Assembly: GCA_964490365.1 (NCBI GenBank)
Contig: CAZBAG010000001.1
Span: forward strand, 56,459 to 120,458
Direction of reading: 5' to 3'
DNA: 64,000 nt
DNA from: an uncultured Candidatus Saccharibacteria bacterium
Lineage (GTDB): Bacteria > Patescibacteriota > Minisyncoccia > Phycocordibacterales > CSBR16-119
Below, piece after piece: positions 54,651 to 64,000 of this stretch. Both the position numbers and the translations under genes were made by a program. The notes under the pieces were generated by a model. The model was not told where the DNA came from. It was given only the letters and a program-made list of their open reading frames with translations, and searched no databases. Numbering within the stretch: the first letter of the stretch is position 1; every line of letters begins with the position of its first letter.

Positions 54651-54670
54651 AAACCCCTTGCGGGGTTTTG
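54651..54670 (+). terminator. intrinsic terminator (AAACCCC-ttgc-GGGGTTTT)
   Basis: Short GC stem with flanking A-run and T-run. Confidence 0.6.
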
Positions 54671-54722
54671 TGCTTTCTAAATTAGATATTCAAAAAGCCG
54701 GAATCCTGTGTGGATTCCGGCT

Positions 54723-55304
54723 CTAAGTTCTACGTTGTTTTCTCCACACAAGCCAAGGCTTGGGGAACTGTGGATTCGTGACATTCATGAGTTCAAAATG
54801 GAGATGTGGGCCAGTTGTGTGACCCGTCATTCCAACCCAACCAATGAGTTGTCCTTGTCGAACCCTTTCTCCTTTTGTCACATTCGTATTGCTCATGTGA
54901 CAGTAGAGGGCATAAACACCGAGGCGGTCTTTGATGATCACTCTAATACCAGAGGCACCCTTTCCCCACCCTGACGCAATCACTACTCCACTTGAGGAGG
55001 CGTAAATCGGTGTGCCGATCTCTTCCCTCATGTCGATTGCGTAGCGTTTCCCATCCCAGTGTGATGTCCCAAAAACAGATCCAGGTACCGGGTTTTTGTA
55101 GATGTCAGTAATTGTGACAGGGGTTTTTTCAACCTCGGTGACAAATTGTTCTGGTGCTACATCATTATTACCCGGAGAGTAAGACGATAGAAATCCTACA
55201 CAAAAGAATATTGCCACTAGGGGCAGTATCAATTTGTGAATCTCGTCTCTTTGTTTGGTATGCCTTACAAAATGCCTTCGTCTTATCTTAGGCATTTTTT
55301 GCAA
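54723..55304 (-). CDS. M23 family metallopeptidase (LytM-like)
   Basis: HxxxD (SHWDGKRYAID) and HLH (GPHLHFEL) motifs. GC-richer than the window average. Confidence 0.8.
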   Translation of the reverse strand: MQKMPKIRRRHFVRHTKQRDEIHKLILPLVAIFFCVGFLSSYSPGNNDVAPEQFVTEVEKTPVTITDIYKNPVPGSVFGTSHWDGKRYAIDMREEIGTPIYASSSGVVIASGWGKGASGIRVIIKDRLGVYALYCHMSNTNVTKGERVRQGQLIGWVGMTGHTTGPHLHFELMNVTNPQFPKPWLVWRKQRRT

Positions 55305-56412
55305 GGAGTTTACGCATTGCTTCGAGTCTACTGATATTCTCCATCACTTGCCGAGAGAATTCTGTTTCTTCAGGCAAGGAAATGCCCGAAGCAGATGCAT
55401 AGAGGTTTGCCCACCAGTGAATACTGTTAGGACTCTTGTTTAGGGCATAATGCTCTGCTATGCGTCCGTAGTTGTAGGCTCGTTGCGTAACCTCTGTCGG
55501 ACTAACTACAAGCGTCTCACCCAGTTTTCTGCTCACGACGCTTAATCGTTCGCGCTCCTCTTGTTGACTCAACCCAGTTGGGAGAGTGACAATACTTGCA
55601 AGAACGATAAGCTTGTCATGCTTACCAAGCTTATCTGGTAACATACCGAGGTTGTTACTGTAGCGCTTGAGGTGAGCAAGAGCCTTTTTGAGTTCTTCGT
55701 CAGAGACTCGCTCAGGACTCACTTTCTGCTCGTCGAGCACTGTCACGTCAACAGGACTGTCCTGCGGTTCTTGATTGAGATCGCCAGCATCTTGAGATGT
55801 GAACGGGCTAACCACCACGTCTTCAGCAACAACCGGTTCCAATTGTTCAACCTCGCGGTGAGAATCTGTATCTTCACTCACGAAAACCCCGAAGACCTTG
55901 CCGGACCAGATGGCTATTGTCACGATAATGATTACCGCAACTGCAACAAGCCAATTCTTTTTTAACCAAGTCTTAAGACCACTTTCTTCTTCTTCTTCTT
56001 CTTCTTCTTGAGCCTCAGAACCTTTGGTGTTAGCTGCGTAATTCTTTCCTTGCTCGAAGCCTTCGTTGTGGGCATCTTTCTGGACCTTCACCGCAAACTC
56101 CATCGCTTCTTTTGCGCTGGCAAAGCCATCACTTCTAGAAGATGGTTGCTTGGTTTCAGAGAATTTGCCAGGGATAGTTTGGATATCCTCAGCACCTCCG
56201 CGAAAACCTCCTTGTGGGATAGGCTCGCCGCCATGTCCACAACAGGGAACACTTATAGTTTCTTTGAATACAAGGTTTCCTTTCGGGTCAATGATCTCTG
56301 TGTGATAGTATCCGGGCGCTCTTTGTACTGGCTTAGTCGCACGCTCAGTAAGGGCGTCTGCCAAAGCATCTGTTGGTTTTTCTTGTCCTGGGTTTTTTGT
56401 TGTTCCTGACAT
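55288..56412 (-). CDS. hypothetical membrane protein (374 aa; central TM; poly-Glu tract), GC-richer
   Basis: ORF overlapping the M23 gene start by 17 nt, which indicates an operon. Confidence 0.55.
   Translation of the reverse strand: MSGTTKNPGQEKPTDALADALTERATKPVQRAPGYYHTEIIDPKGNLVFKETISVPCCGHGGEPIPQGGFRGGAEDIQTIPGKFSETKQPSSRSDGFASAKEAMEFAVKVQKDAHNEGFEQGKNYAANTKGSEAQEEEEEEEESGLKTWLKKNWLVAVAVIIIVTIAIWSGKVFGVFVSEDTDSHREVEQLEPVVAEDVVVSPFTSQDAGDLNQEPQDSPVDVTVLDEQKVSPERVSDEELKKALAHLKRYSNNLGMLPDKLGKHDKLIVLASIVTLPTGLSQQEERERLSVVSRKLGETLVVSPTEVTQRAYNYGRIAEHYALNKSPNSIHWWANLYASASGISLPEETEFSRQVMENISRLEAMRKLLAKNA
55984..56007. repeat. (TTC)8 / (GAA)8 trinucleotide microsatellite inside the CDS (encodes E8)
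   Basis: Eight perfect tandem TTC units on the plus strand. Confidence 0.8.
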
Positions 56413-56597
56413 TGTCAGTGTGTTTTTGGTTCTTGTGTAAAAGGACTATTCTCGACTCGCATATTAACATATTTAATCCAAAAAGTCAAGTAATATACGA
56501 ACCCTCTGATAAGTCAAAATACCAAGAAAATAAAGGGTTTTGTACTTGATTATTTGTGTGATACTATGAGGTTGACTCGGTAGGGTCTTTTTACGTT

Positions 56598-56909
56598 ATG
56601 GAAGATAACAAACCACCAACACAACAAAAATATACGGCTGAATATCACAAAGTTACCAGCAAGCTTTTCTATAACTCACTCATTAACATACCTCTCTTTG
56701 CCGTACCTGCCTTTACTGCACTTTTCATAGGAAAACATTTTGACGCCAAATACGGAACAGATAAAAGTATCACCCTGATTCTTTTGTTTATTGCGCTGAC
56801 GTGTTCGTGGGTTATTGTACTTCGTAAAAATGCACGACTCACTCGAGAATATAAAGAAATGCGCCAAAAAATGAAAGAGGGGTCATCAGAAAAAACAGAA
56901 AGTAAATAA
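56598..56909 (+). CDS. small two-TM protein upstream of atpB (AtpI/AtpZ-like)
   Basis: Assigned by position and topology only. Confidence 0.45.
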   Translation: MEDNKPPTQQKYTAEYHKVTSKLFYNSLINIPLFAVPAFTALFIGKHFDAKYGTDKSITLILLFIALTCSWVIVLRKNARLTREYKEMRQKMKEGSSEKTESK

Positions 56910-56917
56910 TAAGTTCT

Positions 56918-57718
56918 ATGGAAGAAGTTTTTAGTTTTAAACGAGATATTGCGAGTATTGGTCCGTCCACTATTTTTGATATTGGTGGTTATCCAATCAC
57001 AAACTCTACTATTTTCATTATTCTCATCCTCATCCTTCTTATTATATTTACTATTATTCTTACTCGTACCAAAAGTCTTGTTCCGGGAAAAGTACAAGCT
57101 TTCTTTGAAATCGTATACGAAGCGATTCACCGACAAATTAGTACTATTACAGGGAATAATTATCACACAAAAAGAGTCTTTCCAATTATTGCCTCAATAT
57201 TTTTGTTTGTCGGTGTTTCAAACTATTTGGGAATGATTCCGGGACTTTCTAGTATTACCTTTGATGGAAAATCAATTCTCAGAACAGCAACAGGTGACTT
57301 TAACACCACCTTCGGTCTTGCATTTGGAGTTTTAGTAGTTCTTCATCTGGTTTCTATAAGAGATTTTGGAATTTTAGGTTATGTTGGGAAATATATCCCG
57401 GCTAAACAGCTCAGGGAAGATATTAGAAGGGGGGTATTGAGTCCTGTCTATGTTTTCGTTACAATATTGATCGCCTGCCTTGATATTGTGGGAGAATTTG
57501 CAAAAGTCATTTCCATATCACTTCGTCTGTTTGGAAATATGTATGCAGGAGATGTTTTGACTACAATTTTGATTGGAATCTTTGCCTTTGTTTTACCCTC
57601 ATTTTGGGTTGCATTCGGGTTACTTGGAGCACTTATTCAAACCATTGTTTTTGGTTCTCTTATAACCGTCTTCTATATGCAGGCTGCTGGACCAGAGCCG
57701 GGGACAAAACCGAAGTAG
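56918..57718 (+). CDS. atpB: F0F1 ATP synthase subunit a
   Basis: Conserved Arg in SLRLFGNMYAGD, and a 5-TM topology. Confidence 0.9.
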   Translation: MEEVFSFKRDIASIGPSTIFDIGGYPITNSTIFIILILILLIIFTIILTRTKSLVPGKVQAFFEIVYEAIHRQISTITGNNYHTKRVFPIIASIFLFVGVSNYLGMIPGLSSITFDGKSILRTATGDFNTTFGLAFGVLVVLHLVSIRDFGILGYVGKYIPAKQLREDIRRGVLSPVYVFVTILIACLDIVGEFAKVISISLRLFGNMYAGDVLTTILIGIFAFVLPSFWVAFGLLGALIQTIVFGSLITVFYMQAAGPEPGTKPK

Positions 57719-57785
57719 TGGTAGATCAACATTATTTATTAGTAAATTATTAATTAGTTTCGCTAACGCGATTAAATAAAATTTT

Positions 57786-58001
57786 ATGGAAGCAGAAGCA
57801 GCAAAATATATAGCAAAAGGTATGATTATTCTTTCAATGTTAGCAACAGCGATCGGGGAGGGTATGGTTGCAGCAAAAGCAATGGAAGCCATTGGTAGAA
57901 ATCCGGAAGCAGGAGACTCAATTTTTACCAAAATGATTGTGGGGATGGCGATTTGTGAATCAACAGCGATTTATGCGCTTGTTGCATTCTTTATTATCTA
58001 A
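57786..58001 (+). CDS. atpE: F0F1 ATP synthase subunit c
   Basis: Two-helix hairpin, AIGRNPE loop, and a conserved Glu in AICESTAIYALV. Confidence 0.9.
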   Translation: MEAEAAKYIAKGMIILSMLATAIGEGMVAAKAMEAIGRNPEAGDSIFTKMIVGMAICESTAIYALVAFFII

Positions 58002-58006
58002 AAAGT

Positions 58007-58498
58007 ATGATTGGTGAAGTACTGGGAAAACTTGGATTTGACTGGAAGGTTGCACTCGCCAACCTGGTAAACTTTCTTATTATCTATTTTTTACTTCGCA
58101 ATGTCGTATTTAAAAAACTAGGTCACGCCATCAAAGAGCGTCAAGAAAAAATCCAAAAGGGTCTAGAAGATGCGCGACGAGCTGAAAGTGCTCTTGTAGT
58201 AGCTGAATCTGAAAAAGATTCTATTCTTAAAGATGCCCATAAAGAATCAAGGGGTATCACCGAAGAAGCTACTCTTCAGGCTAAGAATATTATCGCATTG
58301 GCAAAAAAAGAAGGATTGCAAGAAGTTGATAAGATGAAAGAATCAGCTCTTCTTGATATTAAAAAACTGACCAACGAAACGGAGAAAAAATTACAGAAAG
58401 ATTTTGTAAATATGGTACTTGATGGAGTTGAAAAAGTATCACTCAATCAAATGGATAAACAAAAATCACAAGCATTTACTGAAAGTTTATTGCGATAG
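58007..58498 (+). CDS. atpF: F0F1 ATP synthase subunit b
   Basis: N-terminal TM plus a long charged helix, in the canonical position. Confidence 0.8.
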   Translation: MIGEVLGKLGFDWKVALANLVNFLIIYFLLRNVVFKKLGHAIKERQEKIQKGLEDARRAESALVVAESEKDSILKDAHKESRGITEEATLQAKNIIALAKKEGLQEVDKMKESALLDIKKLTNETEKKLQKDFVNMVLDGVEKVSLNQMDKQKSQAFTESLLR

Positions 58499-58501
58499 TT
58501 T

Positions 58502-58885
58502 ATGATTTCCTCTCACGTAATTGCTCGTATGTTGTTACAAGAAATACCTGGTTCAAAAGACCCTGGCATGCTTGTTGAGAATCTTATGGCATATCTTGCG
58601 CAAAACCATCTTTTGCATCTTCTCCCAAACATTATTAAGAAGCTTGAAATTCAAAGAAGAAAACAGATTTTTGATAACACAATTTTTATCACAACCTCAC
58701 ACGAATTTGATGATGCTGTTCTAGAGAAAATAAAAAGCTTTATACCAAAAGGGAAACAGAATACGTTTAAAATTTCGGTCGACAACACTCTTCTCGGAGG
58801 ATTTGTAACCAAAGGTAACAACATGATCCTTGATGCAAGTTTGAAAAGAAATATACAATTTTTACGAGAATCACTAATCCAATAA
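58502..58885 (+). CDS. atpH: F0F1 ATP synthase subunit delta (short form)
   Basis: C-terminal LGGFVTKGNNMILDASLKRNIQFL resembles the delta C-terminal domain. Canonical position. Confidence 0.7.
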   Translation: MISSHVIARMLLQEIPGSKDPGMLVENLMAYLAQNHLLHLLPNIIKKLEIQRRKQIFDNTIFITTSHEFDDAVLEKIKSFIPKGKQNTFKISVDNTLLGGFVTKGNNMILDASLKRNIQFLRESLIQ

Positions 58886-58888
58886 TCT

Positions 58889-60382
58889 ATGCCAAAGACA
58901 GACGAGTTTATAAAAAATTTAAAAGACAAACTAGCTAATTTTAAGCCTGACGTTCTTCATAGTGAGACTGGTCAGGTAGTGAGTGTTTTTGACGGTATTG
59001 CAAAAATATCAGGGCTTCCACACGTGAGAGCATCTGAAATCGTATCTTTTCCAAATGGCACACTAGGACTTACGCTGAATCTCGAAGAGGATTTTGTTGG
59101 AGTTATTATTTTAGGAGATTTCAAACATATTAAAGAGGGCGATATCGTGACACGAACAGAAAAAATTCTCTCCGTGTCGGTTGGAGACGGTATTGTCGGA
59201 CGTGTCGTTGATGCGCTTGCATATCCTATTGATGATAAAGGTGGTATTGGAAAAACTGAAGAAGTGTTGGTTGAAAAAATTGCACCTGGTGTTATGTCTC
59301 GAGAGCCGGTCAATCAACCGGTGCAAACAGGTATTAAATCTATCGATGCTATGATTCCCGTTGGTCGTGGTCAACGAGAGCTTATCATTGGAGATAGGCA
59401 AACTGGAAAAACAGCAATTGCTGTAGATACAATCATTAACCAGAAGGGTCAGAACATGAAATGTGTGTATGTGGCTATTGGTCAAAAACAGTCTAAGATT
59501 GCACGTATTGTTTCAAAGCTTGAGGAAGCAGGAGCAATGGAGTACACAACCGTTGTTGCGGCCAGTGCGTCTGATAGTCCTGCGATGCTCTATCTCGCGC
59601 CGTATACAGGTGTTTCGATTGCTGAGTACTTTATGGATAAGGGAGAAGATGTGCTTGTCGTGTATGATGATTTATCAAAACATGCCGTAGCGTACCGAGA
59701 AATATCACTACTTCTTCGTCGACCTCCAGGACGAGAAGCGTACCCCGGAGATGTATTTTATCTTCACTCAAGACTCCTTGAACGAGCATGTCGGAAAAAT
59801 AAAAACCACGGAGGTGGTTCTATTACCGCTTTACCAATTATTGAAACACAGGCAGGTGATGTGTCTGGGTATATTCCAACAAACGTAATTTCTATTACTG
59901 ATGGTCAGATTTTCCTTGAAACAGATCTATTTTATAAAGGTATTCGACCAGCTATTAATGCCGGTTTGTCAGTGTCTCGAGTGGGAGGTTCGGCTCAAAT
60001 TAAAGCGATGAAAAAAAATGCTGGAACATTAAAGCTGGCCATGGCGCAGTATCGCGAACTTGAATCATTCTCACAGTTTGATTCAGATCTTGATCCAGAA
60101 ACAAAAAAAGTAATTGAACGTGGTAAGCGAGTTACTGAACTTCTAAAACAAGATCAGTTTTCTCCTATGTCGGTTGCATTGCAAGTCGTTTCTATTTTTG
60201 CAATGAATACAGGATTTTTTGACGATACCAAAGTAGAACACGTGAGAAGTCTTGAAAAAGATTTGCATGCGTTTTTGTTGTCACAAAAAAAATCATTACT
60301 CAAAGATATTGAAAAAGATTGGTCTGACGAAATCAAAGATGCAACCGTAGATGCGCTCAAAGACTTTAAAATGAGCATGTAA
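58889..60382 (+). CDS. atpA: F0F1 ATP synthase subunit alpha
   Basis: [11 protein letters not shown] Walker A, with an alpha-type C-terminal domain. Confidence 0.95.
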   Translation: MPKTDEFIKNLKDKLANFKPDVLHSETGQVVSVFDGIAKISGLPHVRASEIVSFPNGTLGLTLNLEEDFVGVIILGDFKHIKEGDIVTRTEKILSVSVGDGIVGRVVDALAYPIDDKGGIGKTEEVLVEKIAPGVMSREPVNQPVQTGIKSIDAMIPVGRGQRELIIGDRQTGKTAIAVDTIINQKGQNMKCVYVAIGQKQSKIARIVSKLEEAGAMEYTTVVAASASDSPAMLYLAPYTGVSIAEYFMDKGEDVLVVYDDLSKHAVAYREISLLLRRPPGREAYPGDVFYLHSRLLERACRKNKNHGGGSITALPIIETQAGDVSGYIPTNVISITDGQIFLETDLFYKGIRPAINAGLSVSRVGGSAQIKAMKKNAGTLKLAMAQYRELESFSQFDSDLDPETKKVIERGKRVTELLKQDQFSPMSVALQVVSIFAMNTGFFDDTKVEHVRSLEKDLHAFLLSQKKSLLKDIEKDWSDEIKDATVDALKDFKMSM

Positions 60383-60390
60383 ATGTATAT

Positions 60391-62714
<2,324 letters not shown>

Positions 62715-62723
62715 AAAGACCTC

Positions 62724-63149
62724 ATGTCTCAGAAAAAACTACAGTTAAAGATTATTACTCCCGACTCCATTATTTATGAAGGAGACGATGTTTCCTATGT
62801 AAATGTGATGACAACAGCGGGTGAGCTCACGATTCTTGCCGATCATATTCCACTTATCTCAACAATCAAGACGGGTCAAATTAAAGTTGGTAAAGGAGAT
62901 GACGTATTCGCGCTTGCAGTTTCATCTGGAATTTTAGAAGTACAAAAGGCTGGCAAGGTGGTGATTTTAGCAGAACGTTCTGAGATGGCACATCTTATTG
63001 ATATACAGAGAGCAGATGATGCGTATAATCGGGCTGCAAAAATTCGCGAACAGATTAAAGACGAAGAAGATGTTGATGATGCTAAAGTAAAAGCACTCAT
63101 GGAGAAAGAATTAAATCGAATCAAAGTCGGGAATAAGTGGAAGAAATAA
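62724..63149 (+). CDS. atpC: F0F1 ATP synthase subunit epsilon
   Basis: Beta-sandwich N-terminus plus a helical C-terminus, in the canonical position. Confidence 0.85.
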   Translation: MSQKKLQLKIITPDSIIYEGDDVSYVNVMTTAGELTILADHIPLISTIKTGQIKVGKGDDVFALAVSSGILEVQKAGKVVILAERSEMAHLIDIQRADDAYNRAAKIREQIKDEEDVDDAKVKALMEKELNRIKVGNKWKK

Positions 63150-63528
63150 AAAGCACCTCGTTTGAGGTGCTTTCCAGAAGGTGTATTGTTAGCGAATAGA
63201 CCCAAGTTTCTCCAGTAAATTCTGCCACAATCGGTATTACCTGTCCCTTTGACCAAGCGTTAGGATTGCCTTCATAGTCAAGATCAACAAGAAGGGTGTC
63301 GTGCCAACCATCAACGATCGGTAATACACTCCATTTGTACAAGTGATGTCCATCTGGTTGCCCCAGAAGTACCCCCGCAAATGGTTTGCTGATTTTAATT
63401 ACTTCCAGCTGATGGTAACCGGGCCCAGATTTGTACTCATCCGGCAAGAACTCGTTAACAACAATTGCGAGCGCAACTAAGCAGGCGAGAATTGCAACGA
63501 TTGCAAGAAATAAGCTTCTCCAGAACAT
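63121..63528 (-). CDS. hypothetical membrane-anchored protein; its 3' end reads through the atpC terminator hairpin and overlaps the atpC stop by 29 nt
   Basis: ORF with an N-terminal TM (MFWRSLFLAIVAILACLVALAIVV). The last ~20 codons may be a spurious extension. Confidence 0.4.
   Translation of the reverse strand: MFWRSLFLAIVAILACLVALAIVVNEFLPDEYKSGPGYHQLEVIKISKPFAGVLLGQPDGHHLYKWSVLPIVDGWHDTLLVDLDYEGNPNAWSKGQVIPIVAEFTGETWVYSLTIHLLESTSNEVLFISSTYSRL
63149..63173. terminator. hairpin after atpC (AGCACCTC-gttt-GAGGTGCT, then TTTCC)
   Basis: 8-bp stem with a weak T-run. Confidence 0.55.
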
Positions 63529-63587
63529 GGTTTGGTTTTTCCATTTTATACTAGACAAAATGCAGTAAGTCAAGTAGTATTCTTTCT

Positions 63588-64000
63588 ATGGCAAATTTAT
63601 ATGTTATCGGTACTCCAATAGGTAACCTTCAAGACGTCACACTACGGGCTCTAGAAACGCTTAAAAGTGTTGATTTGGTGTTATGTGAGGATACACGCGT
63701 AACCAAGAAATTACTCTCCCATTACGGCATTTCTGTGCCGACAATGAGTTATCACGCAAACAGTAAGCTCTCAAAACAAGAGAAGATAGTCGACATGCTT
63801 CAAGGGGGTAAAAACCTCGCCCTAGTCTCAGATGCCGGGACACCAGCAATTTCTGATCCAGGTGTGTTGTTGGTGCAGCAAGCAAAAGCAGCCATTGGAG
63901 AAGATTTAAAAGTTATACCAATTCCAGGAGCATCGGCTCTTGTTTCTGCTATTTCTGTTTCTGGTATTCCAAGTCCACAATTTACATTTTATGGATTTAT
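63588..64000 (+). CDS. rsmI: 16S rRNA (cytidine1402-2'-O)-methyltransferase RsmI, 3'-partial; runs off the window and is missing from the ORF track
   Basis: Hand translation: MANLYVIGTPIGNLQDVTLRALETLKSVDLVLCEDTRVTKKLL ... ALVSDAGTPAISDPG. Confidence 0.85.
   Translation, partial: MANLYVIGTPIGNLQDVTLRALETLKSVDLVLCEDTRVTKKLLSHYGISVPTMSYHANSKLSKQEKIVDMLQGGKNLALVSDAGTPAISDPGVLLVQQAKAAIGEDLKVIPIPGASALVSAISVSGIPSPQFTFYGF

Overview
This 64-kb window is a gene-dense, AT-rich chromosomal segment, read by eye as roughly 35-40% GC. Coding is almost continuous, intrinsic terminators are sharp, many genes are short, and Shine-Dalgarno sequences are weak or absent. I infer a reduced genome, possibly Patescibacteria/CPR-like: it has a split transketolase, a class I fructose-bisphosphate aldolase, a short sigma-70 without region 1.1, and many small secreted or membrane hypotheticals. 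Standard code 11 applies; TGA is used as a stop, for example at the end of prfA.

Coding content that can be named:
- 5'-partial ABC-F ATPase, DoxX, a GIY-YIG protein, an HI0933-like flavoprotein and an AI-2E transporter.
- MacA/MacB-like tripartite ABC efflux genes (adaptor, permease, ATPase) followed by CcdA/DsbD, and a DedA protein.
- An rpoD-like sigma factor, a class B PBP, and greA-lysS.
- A division-cell-wall block (mraZ-rsmH-ftsL-ftsI) with textbook MraZ GTGG(G/T) operator repeats around a TATAAT box.
- A Glu/Leu dehydrogenase-family enzyme, two class I SAM methyltransferases, NUDIX, rmuC, a DnaQ-like exonuclease, a GatB/YqeY protein, MYG1, obg and gatB.
- A glycolysis / pentose-phosphate cluster: gap, rpiB, class I fba, an rpe-like gene, a split transketolase and a PfkB kinase.
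- A FAD-linked oxidase, rplY, rpmE and prfA.
- The complete F1Fo ATP synthase operon, atpI-like-BEFHAGDC.
- A 3'-partial rsmI that the ORF track missed.
- RNA genes: tRNA-Glu(CTC) on the minus strand and tRNA-Ile(GAT) on the plus strand.

I found no CRISPR array and no canonical defence system. The leads I would follow up are:
- GC-richer islets of roughly 45-50% GC. Most carry hypothetical or secreted proteins, and one carries an M23 peptidase. Two of them sit next to an identical 27-nt terminator hairpin.
- Decayed tRNA-Ile copies flanking the intact tRNA-Ile, next to one GC-rich block.
- A frameshifted transposase-like remnant.
- A hydrophobic gene in an AT-rich stretch inserted between the two transketolase halves.
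- A PfkB kinase operon with two paralogous acidic coiled-coil proteins.
- A 14-bp inverted-repeat pair bracketing an internal promoter and the start codon of a holin-like gene.
- Tiny lysine-rich and hydrophobic micro-ORFs, and a run of leaderless (-10-adjacent) start codons.

All coordinates were derived by hand. Start codons may be off by a few codons, and GC statements are by eye.
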